Shown in pieces: positions 8,102 to 17,324 of a DNA stretch of 23,435 nucleotides. The position numbers and the translations under genes are program-made. Under the pieces are notes generated by a model. The model saw only the letters and a list, made by a program, of their open reading frames with translations, did not search any database and was not told the DNA's origin. The DNA lies in assembly GCA_027001995.1 (NCBI GenBank), contig JALTLO010000044.1, positions 1 through 23,435 of the forward strand, given 5' to 3'. The first letter of the stretch is position 1. Every line of letters begins with the position of its first letter. The DNA is from Planctomycetota bacterium. GTDB lineage: Bacteria > Planctomycetota > GCA-002687715 > DRQF01.

Positions 8102-9843
8102 GGGAGTACGATTTCCTTCGTCAATGGGCTGGTGTGCGCAGGGGAGAGATGCAAATGAATGGAGTCTCCGGATCTCCCTTTGAGCAGCCATTGGTATTTT
8201 TTGCGGCCAGACTTGGCTTCTAAGGAGGCGATGGTGTGTCGCCGTTGACCACTGAGGAGAGATTCTTTTGTGACTTCCAAGATGAGAAGGTCAGATGGAG
8301 CAAAGCGATTGAAAGTGTTTTGCTTTGTTTGACTCGGGTGCTCTCCTTCGTTGATCACCCAAGCCTTGAGCTCGAACAACCCTTCAGTGAGTTGCTTGCA
8401 TTGGACATCGCCGAGGTTGAGGCGGGCTGATCGACTCAGGAGCAAAGATAGGATCGGAAATTGTCGGTTGACCATCGAAGGAATATGTTCAGGTGCTGGG
8501 TTATCCCGGTAGAACGGTTTCCACCCGCCAATTTCTATTTTCCCCAGAGTTGGGTGAAGAAACGCTTTCCAAGGGCTGATACCCTTTTGCTTATTCTCTT
8601 TGGATGACTTGGGTGTGGATGGCTGTGAGGTGAAGGAGGAAGTGGGTTTCGTTGTTGGTTGACTGCTGGGATTCCTTTTCTTCGTTGTGGGCTGGGCGTT
8701 CTCTTTTGGTGTGCCAGCATCAAAAAGGTTGATTGCGGCGCTGACCAAACCCAATTGATAGTAAGTCCAGTCCTCGAAACTACCGGAGATGGATTGCACT
8801 CTTGATTGGGCGCACGCTTTGGATTCATGGGCTAGGTCGTGAATTGGCTCCAAGAGTTTTATGTCTTCACTGTGATATTGGGTGACTTCTGAACGCCGGC
8901 GAAAGGACTTTTGTTTTTGCTGTTTTCCGGCCATAGGAAGCGTGTGAATGTTGTCATGGCTCCCGTAGACCAAGACTGTTTCGATCCAAGGTCGAGCCAA
9001 TACAAAGTCGGCCAATGCTCGACTAGCCGGTTCGCTGACCGCATGTGGCCCGCTGGGGAGGTGGTGCTCCTGAAAGCCATGGGGGAAATTTCTGTCCAGG
9101 CGAACGCCGCAATTGGGGTCTTCCCCAAATGATCCATCATTGTCTTGATCTAAGGCTTCTGGAAAGACTCGATAGACGCCTCTTTCACCTTTGCTGGCAT
9201 CCGCAAGTCGCATGAGCCCCTTGTTTTCGGGATCGTCGATCCAAGTGCCGCTGAGATGTCTCTGGCGCATTTGAGTGATGATGCCATCGTGATTGAGGTC
9301 AACGGGGGTGTCTTCGTTCAAGGCACGGCCGTCACGGTCCCAGTCGATGGCTCTGGCATTGCCTAACTGTTCTTGGGCAGGACCACTTGCGAAGTATCGT
9401 TCGCTGCCATCCAAGTCAACTCTTGGAATGAAGATGAGCATGCGTTCGCCCAACGTTTGCGCCAGAGGCTCCAGTTCCAGGTTGGCGATTTTCTCAGCCA
9501 AACCCAGGATGACAGAACTTCCGATTAAAGAGTTGGACTCAAGTCCGGACACTACGAGAAGTCCGGATTTCCACATGGCCCGGGGTTGAATGTTGATCGG
9601 CCAGGCTTGGCGGGATTTTTGTCGCGGCACACACATGGTGAGGGCCAGGATCTCTCGGCCTTCTCCGGTCTTGCCTATGCTGGTGATTTCAATCTTGGCG
9701 TTGGAGTCTCTTGCTGCCAGCTGGCGCATGGCAGCATTCAGATTGTTTGCCTTCAAGTAAGAAAATCGGGGAGGAGATTGGGCGTGACTCAAGGTTGCGA
9801 AGAGGCAAACAAGAGTCATGCCGAAGATGTTGTGTTTGTTCAT
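8098..9843 (-). CDS. Secreted M14 carboxypeptidase-like protein with degenerate zinc and catalytic residues
   Basis: Signal peptide and colinearity with the downstream M14 gene (SIGKTGEGREI, DLNHDG, LDRNFP, SEP, HPTLGKIEIGGW). HGNE is replaced by ESNS, SYHN by VYGS, and NELW by INLF. Confidence 0.82.
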   Translation of the reverse strand: MNKHNIFGMTLVCLFATLSHAQSPPRFSYLKANNLNAAMRQLAARDSNAKIEITSIGKTGEGREILALTMCVPRQKSRQAWPINIQPRAMWKSGLLVVSGLESNSLIGSSVILGLAEKIANLELEPLAQTLGERMLIFIPRVDLDGSERYFASGPAQEQLGNARAIDWDRDGRALNEDTPVDLNHDGIITQMRQRHLSGTWIDDPENKGLMRLADASKGERGVYRVFPEALDQDNDGSFGEDPNCGVRLDRNFPHGFQEHHLPSGPHAVSEPASRALADFVLARPWIETVLVYGSHDNIHTLPMAGKQQKQKSFRRRSEVTQYHSEDIKLLEPIHDLAHESKACAQSRVQSISGSFEDWTYYQLGLVSAAINLFDAGTPKENAQPTTKKRNPSSQPTTKPTSSFTSQPSTPKSSKENKQKGISPWKAFLHPTLGKIEIGGWKPFYRDNPAPEHIPSMVNRQFPILSLLLSRSARLNLGDVQCKQLTEGLFELKAWVINEGEHPSQTKQNTFNRFAPSDLLILEVTKESLLSGQRRHTIASLEAKSGRKKYQWLLKGRSGDSIHLHLSPAHTSPLTKEIVLP

Positions 9844-9851
9844 GCCACAGT

Positions 9852-9867
9852 TCTACCCTAGGGTAGA
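9852..9867. promoter_or_regulatory. Perfect 16-bp palindrome, candidate operator upstream of the M14 pair
   Basis: TCTACCCTAGGGTAGA is its own reverse complement and lies 8 nt upstream of the 9843 start codon. Confidence 0.45.
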
Positions 9868-9930
9868 GTTGGCGTAAATGACCACTCAAGTACCGGTTCG
9901 GGACTGGGGTGGGTGCGGAAAATTTTCCGG

Positions 9931-10491
9931 TTAACCATCAAGTTGAGACAAGCGATAGCGAGCAGGTCTGTAGTCCGGATCTAGGTCAAGAGCCCGGTCG
10001 TATTCTCTTTCTGCTCGGGAATAATTGCCTTGGCGTTCGAAAAGTTCTCCTAAAGCGGTATGGGCCTCTGGGGTGCGGTATTCAGTGAGAGATTCTTTGA
10101 GCAAGCGTTCGCTTCTTTCTTCGTTGGCACTTCGAAGGGCTCGGGCCAGAAGTCTACGCGCAAGGACTTCTCGTGGTGCTCGGTTCTTGTACACGACCAC
10201 AGGACGAACCTCCGATTCATAAACCGGTGGAGAGTCGTGGAAGTGGGCATCACGGGCTTGAGCGTCTTGATCCGCTTGAATGGCACCGCCTAAGAGACCA
10301 ACCCCTGCACCGATAGCGGCTCCAACCCCGGGGTCACCAGCGGCTAGGCCGATGAGGGCGCCGAATCCAGCACCCAGGGCTGTCGAGCCAACCACAGTTC
10401 CGCCGGGGCTTCTATGGGGATTGGTTTGGCAGCCGGTCAGAAGGAACAAGCCGCAAATGAGAAAAGTCGCTGTGAATTTTGACGTGTTCAT
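9931..10491 (-). CDS. Glycine-zipper lipoprotein with C-terminal TPR
   Basis: Start placed at the ATG at 10491 (MNTSKFTATFLICGLFLLTGC, lipobox LTGC). Glycine zipper GTVVGSTALGAGFGALIG...GAAIGAGVGLLGG and TPR PEAHTALGELFERQGNYSRAEREYDRALDLDPDY. Confidence 0.85.
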   Translation of the reverse strand: MNTSKFTATFLICGLFLLTGCQTNPHRSPGGTVVGSTALGAGFGALIGLAAGDPGVGAAIGAGVGLLGGAIQADQDAQARDAHFHDSPPVYESEVRPVVVYKNRAPREVLARRLLARALRSANEERSERLLKESLTEYRTPEAHTALGELFERQGNYSRAEREYDRALDLDPDYRPARYRLSQLDG

Positions 10492-10715
10492 GTGTATCTT
10501 TCGCTGATCCAAATCCCGCTCGTTGGCAAGCAATTCCGCAACGTAATCGTGTATCACCAGTGTCATTACGTTGCAGAAGGTCGGCGGTCAGATCAAATGC
10601 AGAATTATTTGCGTGTTGAACGATGAGGCCCAAGGGGCCTGGTCGGGATTGACGGCGCCCGAGGTCATGAGTGTGGCTCTACTGGCTGGATAAACTCTTT
10701 GGTGGGAAGGCCCAG

Positions 10716-12164
10716 TCAAATCTCGGGATGAGAAAAATAGGATTGCCCTTTGTGCCTTTGAACCGCAGCCTGGGGCCGGTTTCCTCCTTCGTCGGGATAG
10801 TTGGGGTCGACATCGACGGGGCATAGGTGGGCGATGAGTGTTTGACGTCCGATGGGGTTGTTCCCATTGAGGGCGTGGCCATGGACCAAGCGAGGATGCC
10901 AAATGATGATGTCACCTCGCTTCCCAACAAGAGCGCTCATTGTTGTTGTTTCTTGGGGATAGTTCTTTTGGAGCCACGCATCATGGTCTTTGGATGTCTC
11001 TTCCAGGCGTCGATGGCCAACGATTTTTGCAATTGCCCCGGGCCCGAGGTGGCTCTGGGGGCAATAATGAAAAATCTCCGAAGTCCTGAGTTTGTCTCCC
11101 ATGACAACTTGGATTCCAACGAATTCCATGGGGGAATGGGGTGCATGAAAAGCCCCATCGATTCGCCGATTGTAGGTGGGACCTCTTTCATAGAAGCCAC
11201 TTTCGTAGATCTTGGCTGGACGCTCGAAGAGATGATTGAGAAATAGTGAAATGGGTGCACTGCTCAACAGGTCTCTTGCGGCCGATGAGACACCATGGAC
11301 ATCCAACACTTTGTGCCATGTCTGCCTGTGAGCCGGCCTCAGTTGTTCGATCTCGACCACACCGTTCCTGCGGACGGCGACGCGAAGATCGTTTCGGCCA
11401 CGGAACCACATGTTCTCCATCTCGCATTCGAAACGTTCCATGGGGGTTCGGGTGGCAGCCGATCTCAGAACGACGAATCCATGCTCGACCCAATGAGACA
11501 AAAGATCAGCAGTGGACTGATCAATGAAGTTCAGGAGTCTCTTTCCTTCTATACGAGCTTTCGCGTCAGTGAGATCGGTCCAGAAACCACCGAGGCTCGT
11601 GGGGAACTGTGGCGTGATCTTAACCTCTCTTGTCGTATCTAAGACTTGAGGCAATCCGTTCATGAGGTCGGTCCAGATCGCCACCAAGCGGGGATCATTT
11701 TGAGTTTCGTGTAGGGGACGAAGGGTCAAAGCCAGTTCGCATCCATCATCCTTCATGTCTTTGAAGTTGGCCTCAACGAGGCAATTGGGTTCCTGAGGTT
11801 TGTTGCCAGCCAAAAGCCCAATTTGGATTGAACAGGTAAAACTGATGTGGTGGGGGAAATCCAAAGATACAAAACGTCCGTAAAGTTCCACTCTCTGTTG
11901 GTTCTCAGTTTTCCACAGGAATGAAAAGCTGCCAGCGCACTCCGGTTCCATGGTCATAGACTCGAGGGAGGAATGGGCTACCACAGATAACCATTGCCTG
12001 AGTTTCGCAGGCGTTGTCCAGTAAGTGGCAACGTCGTGGCATGAGCAGGGGATTTGGCGTATCAATACGTCGAAATCCACAGTCTTGGGGATGTGTTTGT
12101 TCGGTGACTTCATCAATTTAGTTGTCAAAATGGCTTGCGAGTTCTTCGCCCCGGTTCTCATCAT
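10716..12164 (-). CDS. SRPBCC/Aha1-like domain fused to a phytanoyl-CoA dioxygenase (PhyH)-like domain; exact start uncertain
   Basis: N-terminal IRQIPCSCHDVATYWTTPAKLRQW...GRFVSLDFPHHISFT resembles SRPBCC. C-terminal HWVEHGFVVL, FYERG, YCPQSH, KRGDIIIWHPRLVHG resembles the PhyH fold. Confidence 0.7.
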   Translation of the reverse strand: MMRTGAKNSQAILTTKLMKSPNKHIPKTVDFDVLIRQIPCSCHDVATYWTTPAKLRQWLSVVAHSSLESMTMEPECAGSFSFLWKTENQQRVELYGRFVSLDFPHHISFTCSIQIGLLAGNKPQEPNCLVEANFKDMKDDGCELALTLRPLHETQNDPRLVAIWTDLMNGLPQVLDTTREVKITPQFPTSLGGFWTDLTDAKARIEGKRLLNFIDQSTADLLSHWVEHGFVVLRSAATRTPMERFECEMENMWFRGRNDLRVAVRRNGVVEIEQLRPAHRQTWHKVLDVHGVSSAARDLLSSAPISLFLNHLFERPAKIYESGFYERGPTYNRRIDGAFHAPHSPMEFVGIQVVMGDKLRTSEIFHYCPQSHLGPGAIAKIVGHRRLEETSKDHDAWLQKNYPQETTTMSALVGKRGDIIIWHPRLVHGHALNGNNPIGRQTLIAHLCPVDVDPNYPDEGGNRPQAAVQRHKGQSYFSHPEI

Positions 12165-12463
12165 TGGGCGGCTCCCCGCTGACGGATGAAAAGCTGAGCT
12201 GTTCGTGTGAATCCTACATCAGAAATGGAATTGATGATAGGTCCGTTTTGACGCAGGGGGAGTCCCAAGATGGGACAGGGATATTTGCAATAGAGTCAAG
12301 AGGGGCCTATGGCTGACGAATGGCCTGGGTTATCATGCGAAGGGCTTCAAGTCACCTCCTACACACGACTTGTACGATTGTCGTTCGATCTTGTCTGAGG
12401 GGTTGCCCCAAGACCTGAGCCCTTTTGAGATTCTCCCTGTCTCCTGCTTAAGCAAACAGCAAC

Positions 12464-12928
12464 ATGACTGATTCTTTGCAAAAGACCCTGAAGCAAAACG
12501 TCCCTTTCGTGAACCTGGACATGCGAACCATCGTCGCAACACTTCGTGCTGCGGCGGTTCTCCAAGAGTTGTTGCAGCCGTTCTTCAAGCAATTTGACAT
12601 TACTCATCAACAATTCAATGTCCTGCGAATTCTTCGGGGCGCGGGGGAAGGAGGATTAGCCTCTTTGGAAATACCCAAACGCATGGTGCAACGGGTGCCT
12701 GATACCACCCGGATCCTTCGCCGCCTGGAAAGTGCTGGCATGTTGATTCGACGAAGATGCTCCGAAGACCGACGTGTGATCTTTGTCCAGATTACCAAGA
12801 AGGCCCTCGACCTCCTGGCTTCCATGGACGAGCCTCTTTTGGAAATCGGCAGGGAAATCTGTTCTGTCTTCACTCTGGAGGAACAAGAAGCGTTTAATGA
12901 TCTGTTAGATTCCTTTTCCGAGCGCTAG
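12464..12928 (+). CDS. MarR family transcriptional regulator
   Basis: FDITHQQFNVLRILRGAG...EIPKRMVQRVPDTTRILRRLESAGMLIRRRCSEDRRVIFVQITKKA is the MarR winged-helix signature. Confidence 0.93.
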   Translation: MTDSLQKTLKQNVPFVNLDMRTIVATLRAAAVLQELLQPFFKQFDITHQQFNVLRILRGAGEGGLASLEIPKRMVQRVPDTTRILRRLESAGMLIRRRCSEDRRVIFVQITKKALDLLASMDEPLLEIGREICSVFTLEEQEAFNDLLDSFSER

Positions 12929-13074
12929 GTCGTAATCCCCCAGTTGGGGGTAAGATGCACGTTTTTACCTGGTGATCGCTGAATGAAAGTCACAAGAGAG
13001 TGGCTTTGGCCTCCTTGGATGAGGTTCGTTCCGCCGTCTATCTTGACTATTTGATACGGCCCTGAATTGTTCAA

Positions 13075-13103
13075 TTGACCCTTTCTCCACAAAGACTTAC
13101 ACT
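13075..13103 (+). promoter_or_regulatory. Putative sigma70 promoter of the large cytochrome gene
   Basis: TTGACC (13075-13080), 17-nt spacer, TACACT (13098-13103). Confidence 0.55.
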
Positions 13104-13153
13104 CATTGGGGGGCCCGTGGTGGCCCCCCTGAATTGAGAAAACCGTTTTCTGG

Positions 13154-16100
13154 ATGAGAGGGTCGGTCATGCGATGCATCCCCCTGTGGTTCGTTCTTTG
13201 CTTGTTCGTCATTTCCCCCACATTGTGGTCGGCCATGGGGCAACAAAATCAAGCGCCCTCTATTTCTTTGGGCTCCGTGCCATTGCTGACTCCCGGCAAT
13301 ACCTTGGCAAATCTCACAGCTACGGTCACTGACGACGGTTTGCCCTTGGGCAGCGTTTTGACGTTTTCCTGGTGCAAGTTTACGGGTCCGGGCCCGGTCA
13401 TTTTCGCTTCCCCGACTCAAATGCAGACGACAGCTCAATTTGACCAGGCTGGGGTCTATGACATCATCTTCAGTGCCAGCGATGGCGATTTGGTTTCGAC
13501 GGCGACGATCACAGTGACGGTTGAGAGAGTTATGAATGTTCCGATCGCCGTGACCAACATCTTAAATTCATTTGCCAATCCTTCTCTTGATCCTCTGTAT
13601 GCTGATCGTTTTTTGACGTTAATTCAAAACACGACAAATCTGAACGCCACCGGTGCGTCCTACTACGCAGCTATTGATCCTCTCAACGAAAAAACGACTT
13701 TTGCTGCCTTCAAGGCGAACAATGGTTTCATTCCCGGTAGCCCAGCGTTGGTGACTTCGGTGGGGGACTCCATGACTGGTTGTTGTACCGCTGGTGTCTA
13801 TGGGAATGCCGGGGACCTTGGATTCGGCCGACGCATGGTGATGGCAAGAAACGGTGGTGACATTGCTTTTTGGGTTACCAATTACTTCACCGTGCATGAT
13901 GCGGTTATAGAAGATCCAGCGGGGATCATCCTGACTGTATGCATGGAATACACGGCGACACCGGGAGCCCAATCCAGCTCTCGCTATGTAAAATTCTACA
14001 TGTACGACGCCTCCGGCAATCGCATTACGGATGTTGATTTCGATGGTCGGGGTCCTAAGCCCGTGCCACTTTCATGCGCTGTTTGCCATGGTGGGGTTTA
14101 CGCACCGGGAGGTACGATTCCGGTCGATGGTCGCATGGGGGCGTTCTTTATGCCCTTCGACTTAGATCAATTCGACTTCTCTTGTGAAGAGGCAACAAGT
14201 CGGGAAGCGCATCAAGATGCCTTTCGGGAATTCAATGGCGCCATTCTTCAAAGCGATGCCTCAGCAACCCTCAAGGATCTCATTAAAGGCTGGTACGGTG
14301 GTTTTGGTCTTCCAGATGCCACCCAAAATTCGAAATGGGTTCCCCCAGGTTGGAAAACCGAGCCAGAACTTTATCGTCAGGTGGTGGCACCATCGTGTCG
14401 CAACTGTCATCTCACTCGTACCAGCGCTTCCTTGGACTTTGATAGTTCAACTGATTTTACCGCTCGGCAATCTCAGATCAGCGGTAGCTTGGTCTTTGGT
14501 CCAAGCCCTTCCGGTTTTCGCATGCCCCATGCTGAGGCCACGTGGGAACGGTTTTGGCTGTCTACGACACCCCATCAGCCCGCAGTTTTGGCATCGGCGT
14601 TCAACAATGGAGTTTTTGTCGGTTTAGGTACTCCCCCGGGGCGGGTCTATGTCGATTCGAATGCGTCGGGAACCAATGATGGAAGCACCTGGGCCAATGC
14701 GTATGTAAGTTTGTCAACTGCGTTGAGTGATGCTCTAGCTGCGAATAGCACCATTGCTGAAATTTGGGTTGCAAGCGGGACCTACCTGCCGGATACAACT
14801 GGGCTCATGAACCCCAGAAATGGAACTTTTGATATCCCTGATGGCATTAAGATTTATGGAGGATTCGTGAGTGGTGATCTCCTCCTGGAGGATCGTATTC
14901 CGGGGGCGAACCCCAGCATTTTGAGCGGTGATCTCAATGGCGACGATTTGATGGTTGGTAAGAGTGACAATGTCTTTCATGTGGTGACTTTCAATCAGAC
15001 GGGTGGTGAAACCCGGCTTGATGGTTTTGAAATCCGCGGTGGCAACGCCATGGGAGCCATAGATCCGCGAGGCGGCGGGATCTACATGGTCGGGGGTGGC
15101 CCTTTGCTTGTCCGCAATAATGTTGTCGACAACATCGCCCCATCCGCTGGGGGGATGTTCATTGACGGCAGTGGACCGGTGTTAGTCGCGACTTCTTTCT
15201 ATGGTAACAATGGTGATACGCTCGCTGGAGGTATATGGATGACCAATGCCAGTGACGTCACCATTGAGAACTCAATTTTCTCTTATAACCTCGCCGAAGG
15301 CGTCGGAGGCGAAGCTGGCTTCTGTCTAGCAGAAGGTGGCACATTGCGCTTGAGGAACTGTACCATCTTCCGCAATTATTCTAAGCAAGCGGGTGGCGGT
15401 CTCATCGCACGCGATGGCGCTACCATCGAAGTCAGTAATTCCATCCTTTGGCACAATTGCACCAATGGCGTTCGCAATGAGGATGATCAGATCTTGCTGG
15501 ACAACAGCATGGGGCCTGTGTCTCTCCAGATTGACTACTCCATGGTGGACGGTCTTACGGGAGGCTTCGGTGGTGTCAATAATACCGGCGCAGACCCACT
15601 TTTTGTCAATGGCATGGGGGTTGATGGTATTCTCGGCACATTAGACGATGATTTGCGTTTACAAGATGGATCTCCTTTGGTGGATGCGGGAAACAATGAC
15701 TTAGTTCCCGTGGACCAATATGATCTCGATGTGAATTTTGACATCGCTGAAAAAGTGCCTCATGACGGTGCCGGGATGAGGCGCTTCTTTGACTCCAATC
15801 TTGTTGCGGACACCGGTGTGGGAACCGGTGCCATTGTCGACATGGGCGCCATTGAGATGATCAACGGATCCTTGGCACCTTGCGGCGCCGGAAATATCCG
15901 TGTGGGAGTGGATGGGCCCCATGACGTTGTACGGGTGAATGGGAGCACTGGTGGGAGTTCGCGTTTGGTCTACGTGGGGACAGGTGAAAACCTGACGATC
16001 TCGGTTTCTCAACCTCCTGGCCAACTTTTTGCACCTTTTGCCCTGTTCATTCATCTGGGGCTCCCTATGCCCAGTGAAGTTCGCACACTGGATTTTGGCA

Positions 16101-17230
16101 TCGGCGACATGTGCTTCACGCCAGCGCCACTTTTGCCCTTCGAAACGGGCGATTTCGTTTTGGCTGATAATCTGGGTTTGGGCTTTGGCGCAGCTTTGGC
16201 TTCCAACCCAGCTCCATGGACTATGCCCACATTTGTTACGGGCCTGGAAGAAACTGACTTTGTTGTTCAAGGACTGATCTGGGATGACACAAAAGTAATC
16301 CCTTTGTCGGTCACAAACGGGGTACTTGTAAGTATACGCGAGAATCCACCAGTGAATCTCTTACCCCAAGCGGTGGTCGCCGATTCTAATTTTCAGGTCT
16401 TCACCAATAGCGCGGTGAATCTGGATGGTTCTATGTCCTTCGATCCAGAAGGGGCGACCTTGAATTACTCTTGGGTGCAAACTGGGGGCACCATGGTAAC
16501 TTTGACGAATCCAGATCAGGCTGTGGCCTCGTTTGTTGCTCCGGGTGGCGCAGAGGTTCTTCAGTTCGAATTGACCGTCAACGACGCCGTGAACCCGAGC
16601 GCCCCTGCTGCCGTATCGGTTCAGGTTGTGCTCAACACCCCTATCGCTGATGCGGGCCCTGATCAAAACATTGTGACCAATGCGATGGTTGCCCTCGATG
16701 GCAGTGGGTCCTCTGATCCCCAAATGGACCCTCTTTCCTACAGTTGGACTCAAGTGAGCGGTACACCTGTTGTCTTGACCGGTGCGAATACCGTTTCTCC
16801 AACGTTCACAACACCTCCTTCGTCTGCTGTTTTGGTGTTCCAATTGATAGTGGATGATGGTGGAAACATGAGCTCCCCGGATACTGTCACGATTACCGTA
16901 TTAACGTCCTTCGCCAATGATGTATATCCGATCTTCTCGACGGTCTTAGTGGACTGCGGTGGTTTCAATAAAGTCTGTACCAACTGTCACAATAATCCAA
17001 CTCCTGCTGGGGGACTTCTCTTCGATCAGAGCGCTGCTGGTGTCTACACTGCTCTTCAGAGCGGGCGCGTTAACATCGCGAATCCTGCCCAGAGTCTTTT
17101 GCTCCGCAAGCCATTGGCTGTAGGTGCAGGAGGAGTATCCCATGGAGGCGGCGATATTTTCTGTTCGACAGTGGATCCCAATTACATCACAATCTTGAAC
17201 TGGATCATTGAGGGAGCCCTCAACAATTAA
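13154..17230 (+). CDS. Large secreted multiheme c-type cytochrome with PKD/Ig-like domains and a right-handed beta-helix (start may be 13169)
   Basis: Signal peptide, then a PKD-like domain (TVTDDGLP...FSW...AGVYDIIFSASDG). CAVCH at 14075-14089 and CRNCH at 14396-14410. Beta-helix (VYVDSNASGTNDGSTWANAY...IWVASGTY...GGGIY...DLRLQDGSPLVDAG...VDMGAIE). Two PKD repeats (LDGSxSxDP...YSWxQ). C-terminal SFANDVYPIF...CTNCH (16976-16990)...SLLLRKP...HGGG...ILNWIIEGA resembles the planctomycete cytochrome c domain. Confidence 0.85.
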   Translation: MRGSVMRCIPLWFVLCLFVISPTLWSAMGQQNQAPSISLGSVPLLTPGNTLANLTATVTDDGLPLGSVLTFSWCKFTGPGPVIFASPTQMQTTAQFDQAGVYDIIFSASDGDLVSTATITVTVERVMNVPIAVTNILNSFANPSLDPLYADRFLTLIQNTTNLNATGASYYAAIDPLNEKTTFAAFKANNGFIPGSPALVTSVGDSMTGCCTAGVYGNAGDLGFGRRMVMARNGGDIAFWVTNYFTVHDAVIEDPAGIILTVCMEYTATPGAQSSSRYVKFYMYDASGNRITDVDFDGRGPKPVPLSCAVCHGGVYAPGGTIPVDGRMGAFFMPFDLDQFDFSCEEATSREAHQDAFREFNGAILQSDASATLKDLIKGWYGGFGLPDATQNSKWVPPGWKTEPELYRQVVAPSCRNCHLTRTSASLDFDSSTDFTARQSQISGSLVFGPSPSGFRMPHAEATWERFWLSTTPHQPAVLASAFNNGVFVGLGTPPGRVYVDSNASGTNDGSTWANAYVSLSTALSDALAANSTIAEIWVASGTYLPDTTGLMNPRNGTFDIPDGIKIYGGFVSGDLLLEDRIPGANPSILSGDLNGDDLMVGKSDNVFHVVTFNQTGGETRLDGFEIRGGNAMGAIDPRGGGIYMVGGGPLLVRNNVVDNIAPSAGGMFIDGSGPVLVATSFYGNNGDTLAGGIWMTNASDVTIENSIFSYNLAEGVGGEAGFCLAEGGTLRLRNCTIFRNYSKQAGGGLIARDGATIEVSNSILWHNCTNGVRNEDDQILLDNSMGPVSLQIDYSMVDGLTGGFGGVNNTGADPLFVNGMGVDGILGTLDDDLRLQDGSPLVDAGNNDLVPVDQYDLDVNFDIAEKVPHDGAGMRRFFDSNLVADTGVGTGAIVDMGAIEMINGSLAPCGAGNIRVGVDGPHDVVRVNGSTGGSSRLVYVGTGENLTISVSQPPGQLFAPFALFIHLGLPMPSEVRTLDFGIGDMCFTPAPLLPFETGDFVLADNLGLGFGAALASNPAPWTMPTFVTGLEETDFVVQGLIWDDTKVIPLSVTNGVLVSIRENPPVNLLPQAVVADSNFQVFTNSAVNLDGSMSFDPEGATLNYSWVQTGGTMVTLTNPDQAVASFVAPGGAEVLQFELTVNDAVNPSAPAAVSVQVVLNTPIADAGPDQNIVTNAMVALDGSGSSDPQMDPLSYSWTQVSGTPVVLTGANTVSPTFTTPPSSAVLVFQLIVDDGGNMSSPDTVTITVLTSFANDVYPIFSTVLVDCGGFNKVCTNCHNNPTPAGGLLFDQSAAGVYTALQSGRVNIANPAQSLLLRKPLAVGAGGVSHGGGDIFCSTVDPNYITILNWIIEGALNN

Positions 17231-17324
17231 TGGCTCTTCTTTTGACAAATAGCTTGTGTGCTAAGCTCATACTGGCGATGTCAGCAAACGAATTTTTCAG
17301 AGAAGTTAAGAACGAGAAACAACG

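Noticed and set aside
8098..8191. Longer start (8191) for the active M14 gene, or read-through fusion of the two M14 genes
   Set aside because: The signal peptide begins at the ATG at 8101, which forms a standard ATGA overlap. The two genes are in different frames.
12937..12950. Hairpin CCCCC-AGTT-GGGGG after MarR as a terminator
   Set aside because: The stem is short and has no U tract, so it is too weak to call.
17242..17267. TTGACA...TAAGCT promoter before the redoxin gene
   Set aside because: The spacer is only 14 nt. An extended -10 (TGCTAAGCT) is possible but not supported enough to list.
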